This document shows, piece after piece, positions 12,829 to 26,140 of a DNA stretch of 64,000 bases. Positions within the stretch are counted from its first letter, which is position 1. Each line of letters begins with the position of its first letter. The notes beneath the pieces are model-generated. The model was given only the letters and a program-made list of their open reading frames with translations, ran no database searches and had not been told where the DNA came from. Location: assembly GCF_004010195.1 (NCBI RefSeq), contig NC_057719.1, forward strand, positions 68,041,873-68,105,872, read 5' to 3'. Both the position numbers and the translations under genes were made by a program. This DNA is from Chiloscyllium plagiosum. Its lineage: Eukaryota.

Positions 12829-13114
12829 CTGAAAATTAGATGCAAAACATATCTTTTAAAAATCGCACCAAGAACACACTGCAATGCCGTATAATTTGGC
12901 TGCCTTAATTAAGTTCAACTTTTTTTCACATAAAATTTGGATGTTGAAGATCATAATTTTGTAATAACAAATGAAAACCTACTGATACATCTGGTAAGAT
13001 TGCTAATCAGTAACAATGCCTGGATAAATAATGCCAGCCGGATCTGGCCAACCAATGCTGCTGAGTGGAACTCACAGCAATGTTGGTGCTTATTTTTCTG
13101 ACACGGACCTTCTA

Positions 13115-13273
13115 GACATTTAAAAAGCACCTGGATGGGTAAATGAATCGGAAGGAGTTGGAGGGATATGGACCGGGTGCTGGCAGGTGGGACTAGATTG
13201 GGTTGGGATATCTGGTCAGCATGGACAAGTTGGACCGAAGAGTCTGTTTCTGTGCTGTACATCTTTATGACTC
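13115..13273 (+). mobile_element. HER1/CR1 LINE 3' tail
   Basis: catttaaaaagcacctggatggg..gagggatatgg..gactagattgggttgggatatctggtcagcatggacaagttggaccgaag..gctgtacatctttatgactc. Confidence 0.88.
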
Positions 13274-16200
13274 GAGAATAAAGCATTGATTAACTGAATG
13301 CAGGATCAACATAAGCACTTAAAATTCAATTTCTGGTTTCACTCAGTAAAACAGATAAAGAGTTTTCATCAAGACCAGACAGAATTTGGATTAAGCAATA
13401 GGGCATAGATTCTTAGCCATTTTAAAAATATTGTTGGATTTATTTGCAAAACAGGTGCAGTTTGGAGTAATCCAGCATCGCAAATTAACCATACCAGAGC
13501 GACACCGAAAGAGGTTCCAAGTGGAAGCAACAAAGACCAACATTGCCCAGGGTTCCACCAGGCAGCATGGTTCATCATCCACTACTAGCAGACAACCACA
13601 GCCAGCCAGCATCAGTGATATACCAAGCAATACATAAAAATGTCATATTATATCAAAGGTCCCACCTCCTTCAACTGCATGAGATTTTAAAGTATCCATT
13701 ACGCTAGTTAGCTCACTCAAGCCCAACAATGGAAACCTCTGCTTCACTCAGTGTAAGATACTAGTTGATAAGAAATATATGTCAGATTATGCTAATTTGA
13801 AGTCATACTAACTGCAATGTTTCAATTCCTGTGAAATATTGCAATTTTTTTATTGCTAGTTGGGTTGAATTTCTTGGAAACTATTTCACACTTTCTCTAA
13901 TGCAGTTAGTACACCAAGAAAATAAATAGTCCCTGTGTGCTCTTTGCCTCAAAATATAGTAATCTGGCTCCGAGGGACTGTCATTTCACAACTATTGGAA
14001 GACCATGTCAAATGATAATAATTAAAATCATGGGATTTGTTTGGGTTGCAAACTACAATTGCTTTGAGGTAGCTTGGCCCACATGAAGGGGGATGGAAAA
14101 AAAAGATAGTATGCTTACTATGCACTCCAATAAGGAATTGGGGCATTGCAAAACGAGTTACTCACAGTTGAGGGTATGTAATGCATTCACGGGATGAGAA
14201 AGTTTTCAAAAAAGTGTAAAAAACACACTTCAGTACATAAAATAAATATATTTTAGCACAAAGGATGTAAAAATATGCTAACATATTTTATAACTGAAGG
14301 TTTTAAAATGAGGACAACGCAAATGATATTTCAACATTTAACAATTTTAAGTTGTACTGTAAATACTTAACTATAAGTTGCAATAACACTTTAAAAAAAA
14401 TAGTACAATCGATTGTTCTAATGCATAGTGCTAGAAAAAAGGCAGTTCAAAATTCTGGATCTGCGCTATGTGTAACCTTTAAATGGATATGCTGAGCCCA
14501 ACAGGCAATCTCAGGAAGTAGCCCTGTGGAATAGTTGACCCATCAGGAAGTTAGGACCTTCAGCCAGAGTTCATAAAGATATAATCACTATCAATCAGAA
14601 TGTGTCACCACTAGGTCTGAACATCAGAATCTTAGTTTTTTCTCACCGCAAGCATCCAAACAAGTTGCTGGATTTTCAGCATTACAGAGAAAGATTTCAA
14701 TTAAAACTGCCAAGTTTTCATAACTTCTTCAAATATCAGGAGGATGGCCCAACACCAAAACTATTCAGCTCACATCCAACTTTTGTAGTGTTGTGTTATG
14801 AAAAAAGATAACACCACAACACAAGCTGATCAAATGCATTATGGCATGGATGGGAAAACACATATTTATGCAATATAATGCAACAGCTTCAGTGAAGGAT
14901 AAGGACTTACTGGGGTTACTGATTATTCTGCAATTGTAGAACATAGATTGTGGATAATACATATAATTACTGATATATTCTATTCAAAAGATTATTAATA
15001 TGAAACTAACATGTGTATTATAAGTTAATCATATTCATTATTTAAAAATTTTTAGAAGTAAATACTCTATCCTTCAGATATTACACTCTGTATATAATAC
15101 ATATAAATCATAGGTAAATATTATTTTTAAAAGTAAATAAAGATGAAGAAAACCAGCATTTGCATCCAAGTGATCACAGAGCATCCAACAGTAACAAATC
15201 CATAATTGATTTCAGGAGATGCACGTTTTTGAGGAATTGTACCTCAGATAACAGAATGCCAACTTCGACTTTCTTACTGCTATGTTGCAAACCTCATCCT
15301 ATTTCTGACAGAGTGACGTGGTGCAAATAAAACGTAAGTCAAATTAACAGCAACTAAGGAACTCCATCTGCGATACAAGATGGAAAGCACTTTGCTGTGG
15401 ATTTCTTTTTAAAGTGTGATCAATGAAGAATGATATTACTGTAACATATTAATATTGAAAATGCAACATTTTTCAGCTCTTTGGTTTATAGGACATCTTT
15501 CCCATTTAAGGAGAAAATAATTTTCTTGGAAGCAAAACTAGTTGCAAATTCAATCAGCATGATGGAAAACTGCCAAAAAAGATCAGGGAACCACTTTTAA
15601 CATACTCACAATACAAGAGAATGAAAAAACAACCCAAAAAAGGATGTTTTCGCTTATATTACCTAACTTAATGTTGCCTTTTATCAATAAAACAATAAAA
15701 AACAATTAAAACCTTTAAATAATGATTATGAAGGCACACCCTGAAATTGTTGTATTTTATTTGTGTGCCAAATGACTGCTAGTCTTGGCCTAAAGTACAA
15801 TTGTTTAAAGTTATGTCAGGGCCCAGAAATTGAAAGTTAATTGAATCTCTACTGTGTGTTGAAACATTACTCAACACAAAACCTTTTCCTCTACCATTTT
15901 TTTGTTCGATGTCCCTCATGGGTTTTCTCCAACCTGACAAACTTAACTGGCCTGCAACTAAAATGAAATTGCAATTCATTACCATTAAAGTTCTAGGGAA
16001 AAAAACTTATTTAAAAAACGTTCTCCAGGATCTCACCATTTTACCAATTATATACATGAAATACAAATTACGGAGTCATACAGGTTTAACTGTACACAAT
16101 AAGTCTACAGTGTGACTTGCTGCATATTATTTTGTGATCTTTTGTCATCAAGGTCAAGTATTTGTTAAATTGAGAGAAATGGCTTTATGATATAAAAATA

Positions 16201-19200
16201 GTAATTACAATTCAGAGCCCTAAGAAACACATCCAAGACATGTTAATGTATATTCCACAACTTAGTCTAGTGATCTAAACCATTCTTACCAATTATGCCC
16301 CGATGTATTATGCAGACTTCTCAAATTTTTTTCCCAGCCTTTCTCTTGTACTTTTATATGGCATTTAAACAATATTGTTGCTTGCCTGAACCTTGCCTCA
16401 GGTATGGATCGTTATAAACTTGTACATCAATTTCTTATTATTGTATGTTGCTACAAGGAGTATGATGGTGACCTGTTCCTTAATTTGTCTTAATTTCTTC
16501 CTAATCTGCATTATTGCTTGGCGTTTTTTATTCTCACAAGTGTTGTAATTATTGATATTCAATTCAGAAAATACAATTATGGAAGTTATTAATAGAACAT
16601 TTATGTACATAACCTATTTGAATAAAATTGGATCGGTAGGTTTGAGTCAAAGGTTCCAAATTGATCATCTACAATGTGTGAGTTTACAATTTGTACTTAT
16701 TTTTAACATTAACTTATTTGTATTATATTAATCTATATTCTGAACAGTGTTTACCCAATTTTTTGGGTTGCATATTTATTTTATTCATTTCTCACAATTT
16801 CAACTTATTTGAGGTTCAACTAAGGTCCAAACATTTGGAACTCAGCAAGCATAATTTTAAAACACTTTGGTAAGCCAAACTGAACAATATCATGTTTGTC
16901 TATATTTGCACTTTAGTAAACTAATTCTTTCACTACTGATTTAGACAGCTGTACAAACAGCAATATAACTTTTGTCTTTACAAAGACGAGTGAATAAGAG
17001 GCCATTCAACTTACTGTTTGAGTTTGTAGAGTATTTAAAAAATAATCCCATTATTCTGCTTTATTTCACTTCCTTTTATCTTCCTTTCCTTTTTTAAAGA
17101 TGAGAGCAGCAACTGTTTGAATAGTGCTTGTTTCAACTGCTCACAATGATAAAGTGTTATAACTATTTTCCAGGTAAAGGGATTTCTTCTACTCTCTCTT
17201 CTCATTCTCATCGTGAAGTTGAAGCAATAGGCCAACTAATTTCATAACTCGAAGACATAGTTTCCTGTCTGCTCCTTCACAAGCTACATATTTAAAAAAA
17301 AATTCTAAAATCTCCTCTTGACTTTTTCATTTATCTATCTGACTGGTTCTATTAACCTTACTTTCTATTGATAACTTGCTTTCTACATGTTCAAATGCAT
17401 ATTCCAATTAATTTTTTAAAGGCAACTGAGATGTGTTATGGCATGTTCCAAATACTTATACACTAGATCTACACAACTGATAATCTTGTCAAAAATAAAT
17501 TGATCTTCAATAACGGGTGAAATGGGTCCTGTATATTTTCTAAAACATACAATTGCAAATCAGGAGCATTCATTAATTGTTTGGAAAAAAGCCTCAAGAA
17601 TTCAACTCTAGCACCTTCTAAAACTTAAAAAAAACTCTTGAATCTTTACAGAGGTTTCCTATTGAAATGAAACAATAGAAAGGGTGAGGACTTCTGATAA
17701 ATATTTTGGTAAGTAATTTCAAAGAGTACACATGATTAAAATGAACTTAAAATCAAACTTGGCGTTAAACAGCTTTTCAAAGAGGTAGGGAAATTTCCAT
17801 TAAGCTTTTTGAAAAAAGCTTTGCAGCAGCTGGGGCATAACTAGATAAGTAATTCTGACTATTTTCTGAACAGGGCTCATTGCCAGAACATTACTCCAAT
17901 TTGGAGACTAGCAACAAGCCCTGCATTAAAAATCAAGCATGAACTTTAACTACATAAAACCTGGACAGTAAGAAGAGGTGTGCATTATTTTCTCTCGAAA
18001 TACATGTGACATAGTGTGTATTTCAGTGCTATTTTCTTCATTAAGAGTGCACGGAAAATGAAAATAAAGTACAAGTCTTCCAAAATCAAAGAGGTTGCTG
18101 TATGAATGTACTGTTTCATATAAGATCGAAGATAAATCTCAGAAGTTGGTATCTGCAGCACACTCCAAAAGATTTTTCAGTAGCATTATTTATGTCCTTC
18201 TTTAAATGGAGAATGTCTGGACAATTTACATGCTGAAGTGCAATGTAATCAAGATGGAATTTTGTTTGGTCTGTTCATAATTTGTGCAGTCCTCACATGG
18301 ATCCAGTATGTATTTAAATATGGAATGTGGAACGTGGCTTGTTCCAATCTATAAACTGACAGACAAAAGCACCGACAAACCACATTTTACAAGGACAAGA
18401 AATACAATAAAATATTCTACAAACATTTCCTTAGCTGCTTTAAAGGGGAACTCTTCAAGAAAAACTAGTAAGTTTTTCTTCAATTTAGAGTGAGCAAATA
18501 GAAGAACAAAATATCATTGAACTACAATGGCACCCAGAACTACCATAATTGTTAATAAATGCCAGGGGAGTTTGCCATAAATATTTGAAAATTATTTTAA
18601 TTCTTTTAATCCTCTAAATGTTAATTATTATCTTTGCCCCTTCAGATTTCAGTGAGCTACACACTTTACTCTGGTGGAAAGGGCAAACTGAAAATCTTAT
18701 TTAATCTTTCAGTATCTTTATAATTGGGTAGATGTCATGCATGAATGATCCAGGTGACTTTTCTTTCTGGCTTCTCAATAACACTATGCAGAATAGCAAC
18801 TTAGATATAAACAGTTCCAAGAAATAATGCCATACAGTTGTCATAAAGGAACACAGCATGGGATAAAATATTAACACTGTAGCCCTACCAAAATGCATTC
18901 CTCTCAACACTGTAGCATTGTCAAAATTCATTGTCACCAGCTTCCCAGTATTACCAAAAAGAATTTTCCCTCATTTGATTAACACTCAATTGACAGACTA
19001 GGAATATGCTGTTTCAATCTTTAAAATTATTTGTAGATTTTTAATAATTGAGATTTTTAGTGGGTTTACCATCAATACTGAAAATTCAGTATAAACTGCA
19101 CATTACGCACAGAATCACAAATGACAATATCATCAACACAAGAAAAATGGTATTGAAATACCACCCAAGTCAAACATGCCTTTTATAAATAAAGGAAAAA

Positions 19201-20549
19201 AAAAGAAACCTATCACAAATATACTTCAGGAAAAATAAAGCAAAGCATGTTTGCCAAACATACAGATTATTTATTTTTAAGATCAACTATGGTTTTTGTG
19301 CTTGTTAGAAAACAACACAAACTGTTCCCCTCTTACACATGACAAACACGGATTTGAGTTCTTTTAGAACTTTACAGCAAAGTTTGGATAGCACAAAGCA
19401 CTTTTCTTGCCATTTTCTCCCCATAGACTGAGGACAAAGCTTGTATTGTATGATATCCAGGACTTTGGGTCATATATCAGTAATGGGGCCAGTTTGAGAT
19501 TGCTGAAAACAACCAGTTAAAGCTGGTCTCTTTATATTAAAAAAAATGCCAGGCACACTGTTTCTTATCCTGGGTGACAGAATACGTGAGATCAGCTATT
19601 GTAAGAAGCTGTGTTTGGGTCTCCACACTCAAAGCAGTGGTCAAGGAATGTTACCATTAGGTGATTAATAGGTGTTTATTTTTAGGGCTTGAACTGGAAG
19701 GCCATTTCAAGGCCACTGCAAGATGATATCTACATAATCAGACGGTGTCTTGCACGTTTACAACCTTTTTCCCCGACATCTGGGACCTGCCCGGTGTCCT
19801 CACAGGCAGTTAAAAAGTGCCAGATAAATTCAAAAACAGGATATGCAGATCTGTTTACACAAAGGAGCAAAAAAGGAAAACTTTAGGAAGTTAAGTCTTG
19901 AATACACTGAACTGTCCTCCATCACACATTTTAAAATGCCTGCATTGAAAAGTGCTACCAAGTACTCCAGAGGCAATCTGCAGCCTTCACTGCCCCCAGC
20001 ATCTGTGTTGTCAGAATTAAAGAAGGATTAAAGCATTGCTATGGATAACATGAAATACCTCACAAGGAAGTGAGGAGACTGGAGCAGCCCTTTGGATACA
20101 TCAACTGAGCCACCCAGGGTCCATAATGTAGTCATACATTGTAATTTAGCAGCAAGAAATCCACAGAGAAGTGATCTTGGAGTTCTATCAAGATGACAAG
20201 TCAGACATCATTCACTCACTTCCTGGAGCCTGGCTTGACACACTTTGCAAGCATTAATTTGAAGCCACACTTTATCATTTGTACTGCGCTTGTACTTCCA
20301 ATACACTGCAACCCTTTTACAATTTTTTAAAAATAAAAGATAATTCCTCATTCAGCTGGACAATGATAGCTTTGAATATTTTGCATAGTAAAATAGCTCA
20401 TTATTTCATAAAAACATTTATGCTCAACAATTTAAATTTACAATGCTAGTTATCGCAAAACAAATTCTCTAAGATATCTCAAACCAATTCTTCAAACAAA
20501 TATAAATTGAACCCTGAGTGAGATAATTGTTTCTTAATCAACAATATAA

Positions 20550-20790
20550 AGAATCAGGCCTTTCAGCACAGAGTCTCTACCAACTTTCAGTTAGATCATG
20601 GCTGACCTTGATCTTACCCACCTTAGTTCTATGTTGTGAGAGATTCTTGTCTAACAAATATATGTCAATCTCAATTTTGCAATCTCCAACTAATCAACTG
20701 CAACAGCTTTTTGAGAAAGAGTACTCCAAATTGCATCGAACTAAAACTTATATACAGCTTCTACCCTATGGTATTCTAGGCCTTTTTGGA
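20550..20790 (-). mobile_element. Old CR1 LINE 3' remnant
   Basis: aggcctttcagc..ttagatcatggctgacc motif shared with the other CR1 tails here. Confidence 0.5.
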
Positions 20791-22394
20791 GGGTGTTTGG
20801 GGGGGGGGGGGGGGAAACAAACGTCAACACTTCACCAGCCTGTTAAATTACTGTTAATTAAACCAAAAAACGGTTTTATCCACTAACTTTTAGCGAGTTT
20901 TGCATTTGAACACCTTGATTTCTCTGCTCCTGCTGAATTACAGCACAATGAATGAGTAGACTTTCAATAAATCTATGGTTACCTTTCACACCAAGACTAC
21001 TGTCTATCACCCAGGTAATAGGCTAAAATAAAACAATGCCCCTTAAAATTGATGACAAGATTATCGTTATTCCTGGATTGATAAGGCTAGTTCTTTGCAC
21101 TACAATATATTGTGAGAGTGCTTGAGCAACAGTGAATGCAAGAGGGATTACTTCTCTAAACAGTGCTACCACAATCATGGGAAGTCCCATTAGCAGACAA
21201 TGAGCTTGGAATTAAATAGCTAAAAAAGAGATCTTGCTAATTTTAAACAAAAGATGGCCCAGGCCCAAACAGTTTTCTAATAGTTAAGCTGATGGTAGCT
21301 AGTATTTTAAAACAAATAAAATAAATTGGCTAGCTAAGTTAGATGATCATCAGATTTATCCCCAAGGAAATAATGTATGTATACATCATCCTGAGGCGGC
21401 AGAAGACAGAAACACAATATCTTTCCTTCAGGATTGGCTTGAAGATAATCAAGAGCTGCACTGAAATGTGCCACTCGAATAAGAATGAGCTCATTGGGTG
21501 CCAAATGGGAATCTTAGAGGTCAGCAAAGTTGCATTCTAATTGTGAACAACCTGCGCTTTCGACAAGAGGTTATCCTATGGAACGCAACACAATTAGAGG
21601 GATATATTTGGCTGAGTAACACATGTTTACATCTTCCTGCATTTGTCTTTGGTATTTTTGAAGCTGTGGCAGATAATCATGCCAATTCAGGCAAGTTACA
21701 ATATTCAGTCTGCCCAAGTGTCCAAATAATAAAAATAATGGGTTCTCCAACTTGTGAATAGACGAATTACGAGACAACTTTAAAAAAAAAGCACATTGAC
21801 AAGGATCATTCTGCATGATAAATGTTGGATCCCAATTATATTGTAATGTAGAAAAATTGAATGACCCTCGGGGGTAGAAAAACCTTCCTGTGTTGAATAT
21901 TGACAGAGGTGATCTGTGAAAATCCCTAAAAGACAGCTATAAGAGGGTGAGATCTGCAAAGTCCATATAAACAAAGTCTAATGCATAATTTTTGTGTACC
22001 ATTATTTTCTTTTCAGAATAAAGAACAGTCCAAAAATAAACCTGGCATAAAGATTTTAGCTCATCGCCCAAAAGTTGACGTGGCATCAAAATGACTGCAA
22101 AACCATTCCTAGTTCTCAGAAATGCAATAGAAAATGATTTAGATGTAAAAATGATCAATTTTTGGAATATGTTATTAAGAGGGCAAGAGGTAAGCAAGTT
22201 GCAATGAGAATTATAGAGGAGGACAGATTAGAAGACAAACTAGAAAGAAACAGATATTTCTCATGCAGATTCCAAAATGAGGGGACTTGGATTTTGGATA
22301 ATGTGCAAGATAAACTTTTTTTTTTATTTAGAAGATTAGAAGTCTGTGAAATGTACACCCTAAATTATGAAGCAACTGATTTCTACAATTCATA

Positions 22395-22515
22395 GCAGCA
22401 GTAGATCATTTAGTCCCTTGAGCCTTCTCCACTATTCAATGAGATCATGGCTTATCTGTTCTCCACATCATATACTCACCTTTACCCCATATCCCTTAAC
22501 ACCACTAGATAACAT
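22395..22515 (-). mobile_element. CR1 LINE 3' tail
   Basis: gcagtagatcatttagtcccttgagccttctccactattcaatgagatcatggct..ccccatatcccttaa. Confidence 0.7.
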
Positions 22516-23109
22516 CTAAGACTAGACAGCATTTTTCTGAAATTTTTCAACTTTGAGAAACAGCGAGCATTTGGTGAAACATTAGGCGATGTTAAATCAA
22601 TCAAAGTATTTTCCTTGGGCATCTATAAGATCTCAAGTTCAATTAATCTGAACCGAGAGTTCTCATTCTGAACTCTGCAGAGGTATTTTTTGCCAACTTG
22701 CTATGAGCCATTTGAGGTACTTCAATAGGAAAAAGGCATCATACACAGTTCTTCCAGTGGCTGAGAAGAGAACTGGTCGTTGACTCAATAATAAACACTA
22801 AATACCTTCAACCTAAAAACATACATAAGTAATCTGAATAAATATTACTACTCAAAACATTTCCCACTTTCAAGCAGCTAAATGCTCAAGTTACTGAAAT
22901 AGATAAGAAAGCTCTCAGGTCTAATCAGTCTTTGGCCACTGCAGAGGATGGTATAAATGACCTCAATGCCCAGGTTTGGGTAGGGAAAAATCATGGGTAC
23001 CCGATCATACAATGATTTCTTAAGTAAGCAAAGAAATTAATAAATACTTTTGAGTTGCACAACAGTTGAAGATTGTCAGTAACAAAAAAAGGAAGAAAGA
23101 AAAGGATGT

Positions 23110-23690
23110 GAGGTGGTCTCAGCTTCGGCAATCTCACCAATGAGTCAGATCAGGGGTTCAAGGCTGACTCCAGAGACCTGAGCACATAAATGATGCTGAT
23201 TTTTTAGTGTAGTATTGAAGGGGTTGTGGACTGTTAGAGGTACTAATTCAGATGAAATAATAAACCAAAGATCGTACACTATTCAAACAGCAGAGAAGAT
23301 TTTTGGTGTTCTGGTCAAATGTATTCCTCAACTAACTTCACTAACAAAAAAAACGATTTGGTCATTAATCTCTTTAATGCTTGTACAACTTTGCTGAATA
23401 AGAGAAAGTGAGGACTGCAGATGCTGGAGATCAGAGTCGAAAAGTGTGTTGCTGGAAAAGCACAGCAGGTTGGGCAGCATCTAAGAAGCAGGAGAATCAA
23501 CATATCGGGCATAATGTCACATTCCTAATGAAGGGCTTATGCCTGAAATGTTGATTCTCCTGCTTCTCAGATGCTGCCTGACCTGCTGAGCTTTTCCAGC
23601 ACCACATTTATCAACTTTGTTGAGTGAAAACTGGTGACCATAATTCACCACAGTACCAAGAACATTTTTCAAAAGGTACTTACTCAATAT
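23110..23690 (+). mobile_element. Decayed Deu-domain SINE (SacSINE1-like), split by a Penelope-like hairpin
   Basis: tRNA-like head (gagtcaga..ggttcaag..ctccagagacctgagcaca) followed by gtgtagtattgaagg..tcagatgaaataataaacc; homologous to 39040-39435. Confidence 0.6.
23400..23611. mobile_element. Penelope-like fold-back insertion with decayed hammerhead
   Basis: Arms gctggaaaagcacagcagg..gcagcatc..caggagaatcaaca / tgttgattctcctg..gatgctgcctgacctgctgagcttttccagc; decayed core cctaatgaagggcttatgcctgaaatg; 14-bp TSD with 2 mismatches (23386-23399 / 23612-23625). Confidence 0.85.
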
Positions 23691-24438
23691 AATTGCAAGT
23701 CACTCTTTATTTCTATGTTCACAGGCAGCCAAGTGCAGCAGAATGAGGAGCTGGTGATGTAGGAATGGTTGGCAGTGCTTGTCCTGTACAGAGCACAGCA
23801 CTTCCTCAGGTACCACCAATGGATAAAATCAGAGGAGTTACAGAAGCTGACAGCCTCTGAACCACTTATTTTGGTGCAGGAATACTATGTGGCTATAGCA
23901 TGGTCCAGGTTGCAGTGAGGCATATTTTTGAAGGTAAACAATTTTCTTTCCTATTTTGAAGGCACTATTATATTTGAATGTGGAGGCAGTATTTCCTAAT
24001 TAAGTATTTTAATCCATAAATGGCAACAGGCTCAAATTTAAGTTCTTGCGAAAAAAAAAATCCATGACTTAGAAGACAAATTATGGTCAATATACATAGA
24101 AACTACTCCATACTTTCTACAACCCACTGATGTAAAACTAGTATGGTGCATTCAAGCATTATCCTGCTGGATCATGCAGCTTAGTTTGTATCTTGCCTCA
24201 TTCTAGAACTCAACATCTGCTTTCTCTGTTGCCTTAAACAGTTCAATGCGCAATTAGCCTGAGCAGTCACAGCCCAGTCACTCATTGGCACAGGTCCACA
24301 CAGTCCCATTCACAAAACCCATGATCATAGGAAAAGGAGAGAGAAAAATCAACATGGGGCCAAACTGCACCTTTATTTAGCACATTGCCCTGTTATTTCA
24401 AAACTACAATTATTTGATGCTGACACTGGTTTGACTTA

Positions 24439-24618
24439 GCATCCAAGGAGCTTCAAAATCGACGTTTCGGGCAAAAGCCCTTCATCAGGAATAAACGAAG
24501 GGCTTTTGCCCGAAACGTTGATTTCAAAGCTCCTTGGATGCTGCCTGAACTGCGGTGCTCTTCCAGCACCACTAATCCAGAATCTGGTTTCCAGCATCTG
24601 CAGTCATTGTTTTTACCT
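24439..24618. mobile_element. Young Penelope-like fold-back insertion with perfect 15-bp TSD
   Basis: TSD CACTGGTTTGACTTA at 24424-24438 and 24619-24633; inverted arms gcatccaaggagc..tttcgggcaaaagccctt / aagggcttttgcccgaaa..gctccttggatgc. Confidence 0.9.
24459..24489 (-). ncRNA. Minimal hammerhead ribozyme motif
   Basis: Reverse complement reads C-CUGAUGA-A-GGGC(UUUU)GCCC-GAAA-CG-UC-GA; intact core. Confidence 0.72.
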
Positions 24619-24644
24619 CACTGGTTTGACTTAATTGACTGGAT

Positions 24645-26140
24645 AACAATTTGCACTTGTAAAGCACCTTCAGCATAGAAAACCAATTTAAAGTATTTCA
24701 CTGAAGCATAATTGAATATTTAAAAAATGAACACTGGGCAAAATGATGAGATGATTGGAAAGGTAACTAGAAGTTTGATCACAGAGGTATATTTTAAGAA
24801 GTAACCTGAAGGTGAAAGGATTTAATTGATAGAGGTCCAGAACACAAGACCTAGATTCTCAGACATAGCCAATAATCATGAGGCAGAGATTGAGGGTTGC
24901 TTAACATATATCCAAGTTTCCTAGCAATATAAAGTTAGTATGCTGCAAACAGATGAAGACTGGTTAAATGATTGGGCAAGAGAGCAGTAAAGGAGTATAA
25001 CACAAGAAGTGTGAATTATTCACTTTGGCAGGAAGAGTGGAAAAGCAGAACATTATTTAAGAGATTGCTAATGTTGGTATTCTGGGGATTTTGGTATCTT
25101 GTATAAGATTCACAAACATTAACATGCAGTTACAACAAATAATAATAAAGCTAAGTACTACATTGACCCTTACTGTAAAGCAGTTAGAGTATAAAGGATG
25201 TTGCGTTGCATTTTGGCAGGACCACAGCTGGAATAACGTGTACAGTTTTGATCGTTTACCAAGGAAGAAAATACTTCCTTTTGAAGGGATACCGCAAAGG
25301 TCAATTCTTGGGATGAGAGTATTTGCATATATTCCTTGTTCCCTTTGCATCCAACAATTTATTGATCTCGATCTTAGAAACAGACCAGCTCATCATTTCT
25401 TTACCCAGAGAGTGGCGGGGGCATGGAATGCGCTGCCTGTGGGAGTGGCAGAGTCAGAATCATTGGTGACCTTTAAGCGGCAATTGGATAGGTACATGGA
25501 TAGGTGCTTAAGCTAGGACAAATGTTCGGCTCAACATCGTGGGCCAAAGGGCCTGTTCTGTGCTGTATTATTCTATGTTCTATGCTGACCAGACATTCCA
25601 ATCTGACATAGTCCCATTTGCCAGCATTTGGTCCATATCCCTCTGAACCCTTCTTAATCATATTTACATCCAGATGCCTTTAAATGTTGTAATTGTACCC
25701 ACCTACACCACTTCCTCTGGCAGCTCATTCAATACATGCTCTTCATGAAAAAGTTACACCTCAGCTTGCTTTTAAATCCTTCCCCTCTCATCTTATCCTA
25801 TGCCCTCCCGTTTTGGACTCCCATACCCGAGGCAAAAAACCTTGGTTATTCACCCTATCCACATCCTTCAAGATTTTATAAACCTCTATAAAGTCATCCC
25901 TCAGCCTCCCGTAGTCCAGGAAAAATAGACTCAAACTATTCAGCTTCTCCCTAAATCGTGAACCCTCAGGTCCTGGCAACATTCATGAAAAAGGCAAAAG
26001 GTGAAGAAATTAAGTCTGGGGATAGTTGTTGTACTGAATGCGTTTACAAGAGATTAGCAGAGGCAAGGCTGTGAAGGGATTTAAACTCAAGGATGAGAAT
26101 TTTAAATTTGAGATACTAGGATACCAAGAATAAGAGGAAT
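24645..26140. mobile_element. Nested LINE cluster: L2 3' end (-) with CR1 fragment (+, ~24900-25330), CR1 tail (+, ~25375-25582) and HER1/CR1 tail (-, ~25583-25985)
   Basis: L2 tail motif aacaatttgcacttgtaaagcacctt; CR1 motifs FFTQRVAGAWNALP (+) and RLRDDFIEVYKILKDVDRV (-). Confidence 0.75.

Noticed and set aside
19690..20150. More GC-rich block as a possible exon or promoter
   Set aside because: No convincing ORF, splice pair or CpG island; could be an old transposon remnant but I cannot assign it.
20527..20886. 119-aa ORF with a poly-Gly stretch
   Set aside because: Runs through a decayed CR1 tail and a G homopolymer; no recognisable protein or splice context.
23400..24618. Hairpins as pre-miRNA genes, CRISPR-like repeats or intrinsic terminators
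   Set aside because: Vertebrate DNA; the hairpins are dispersed TSD-flanked repeat insertions with no repeat-spacer periodicity.
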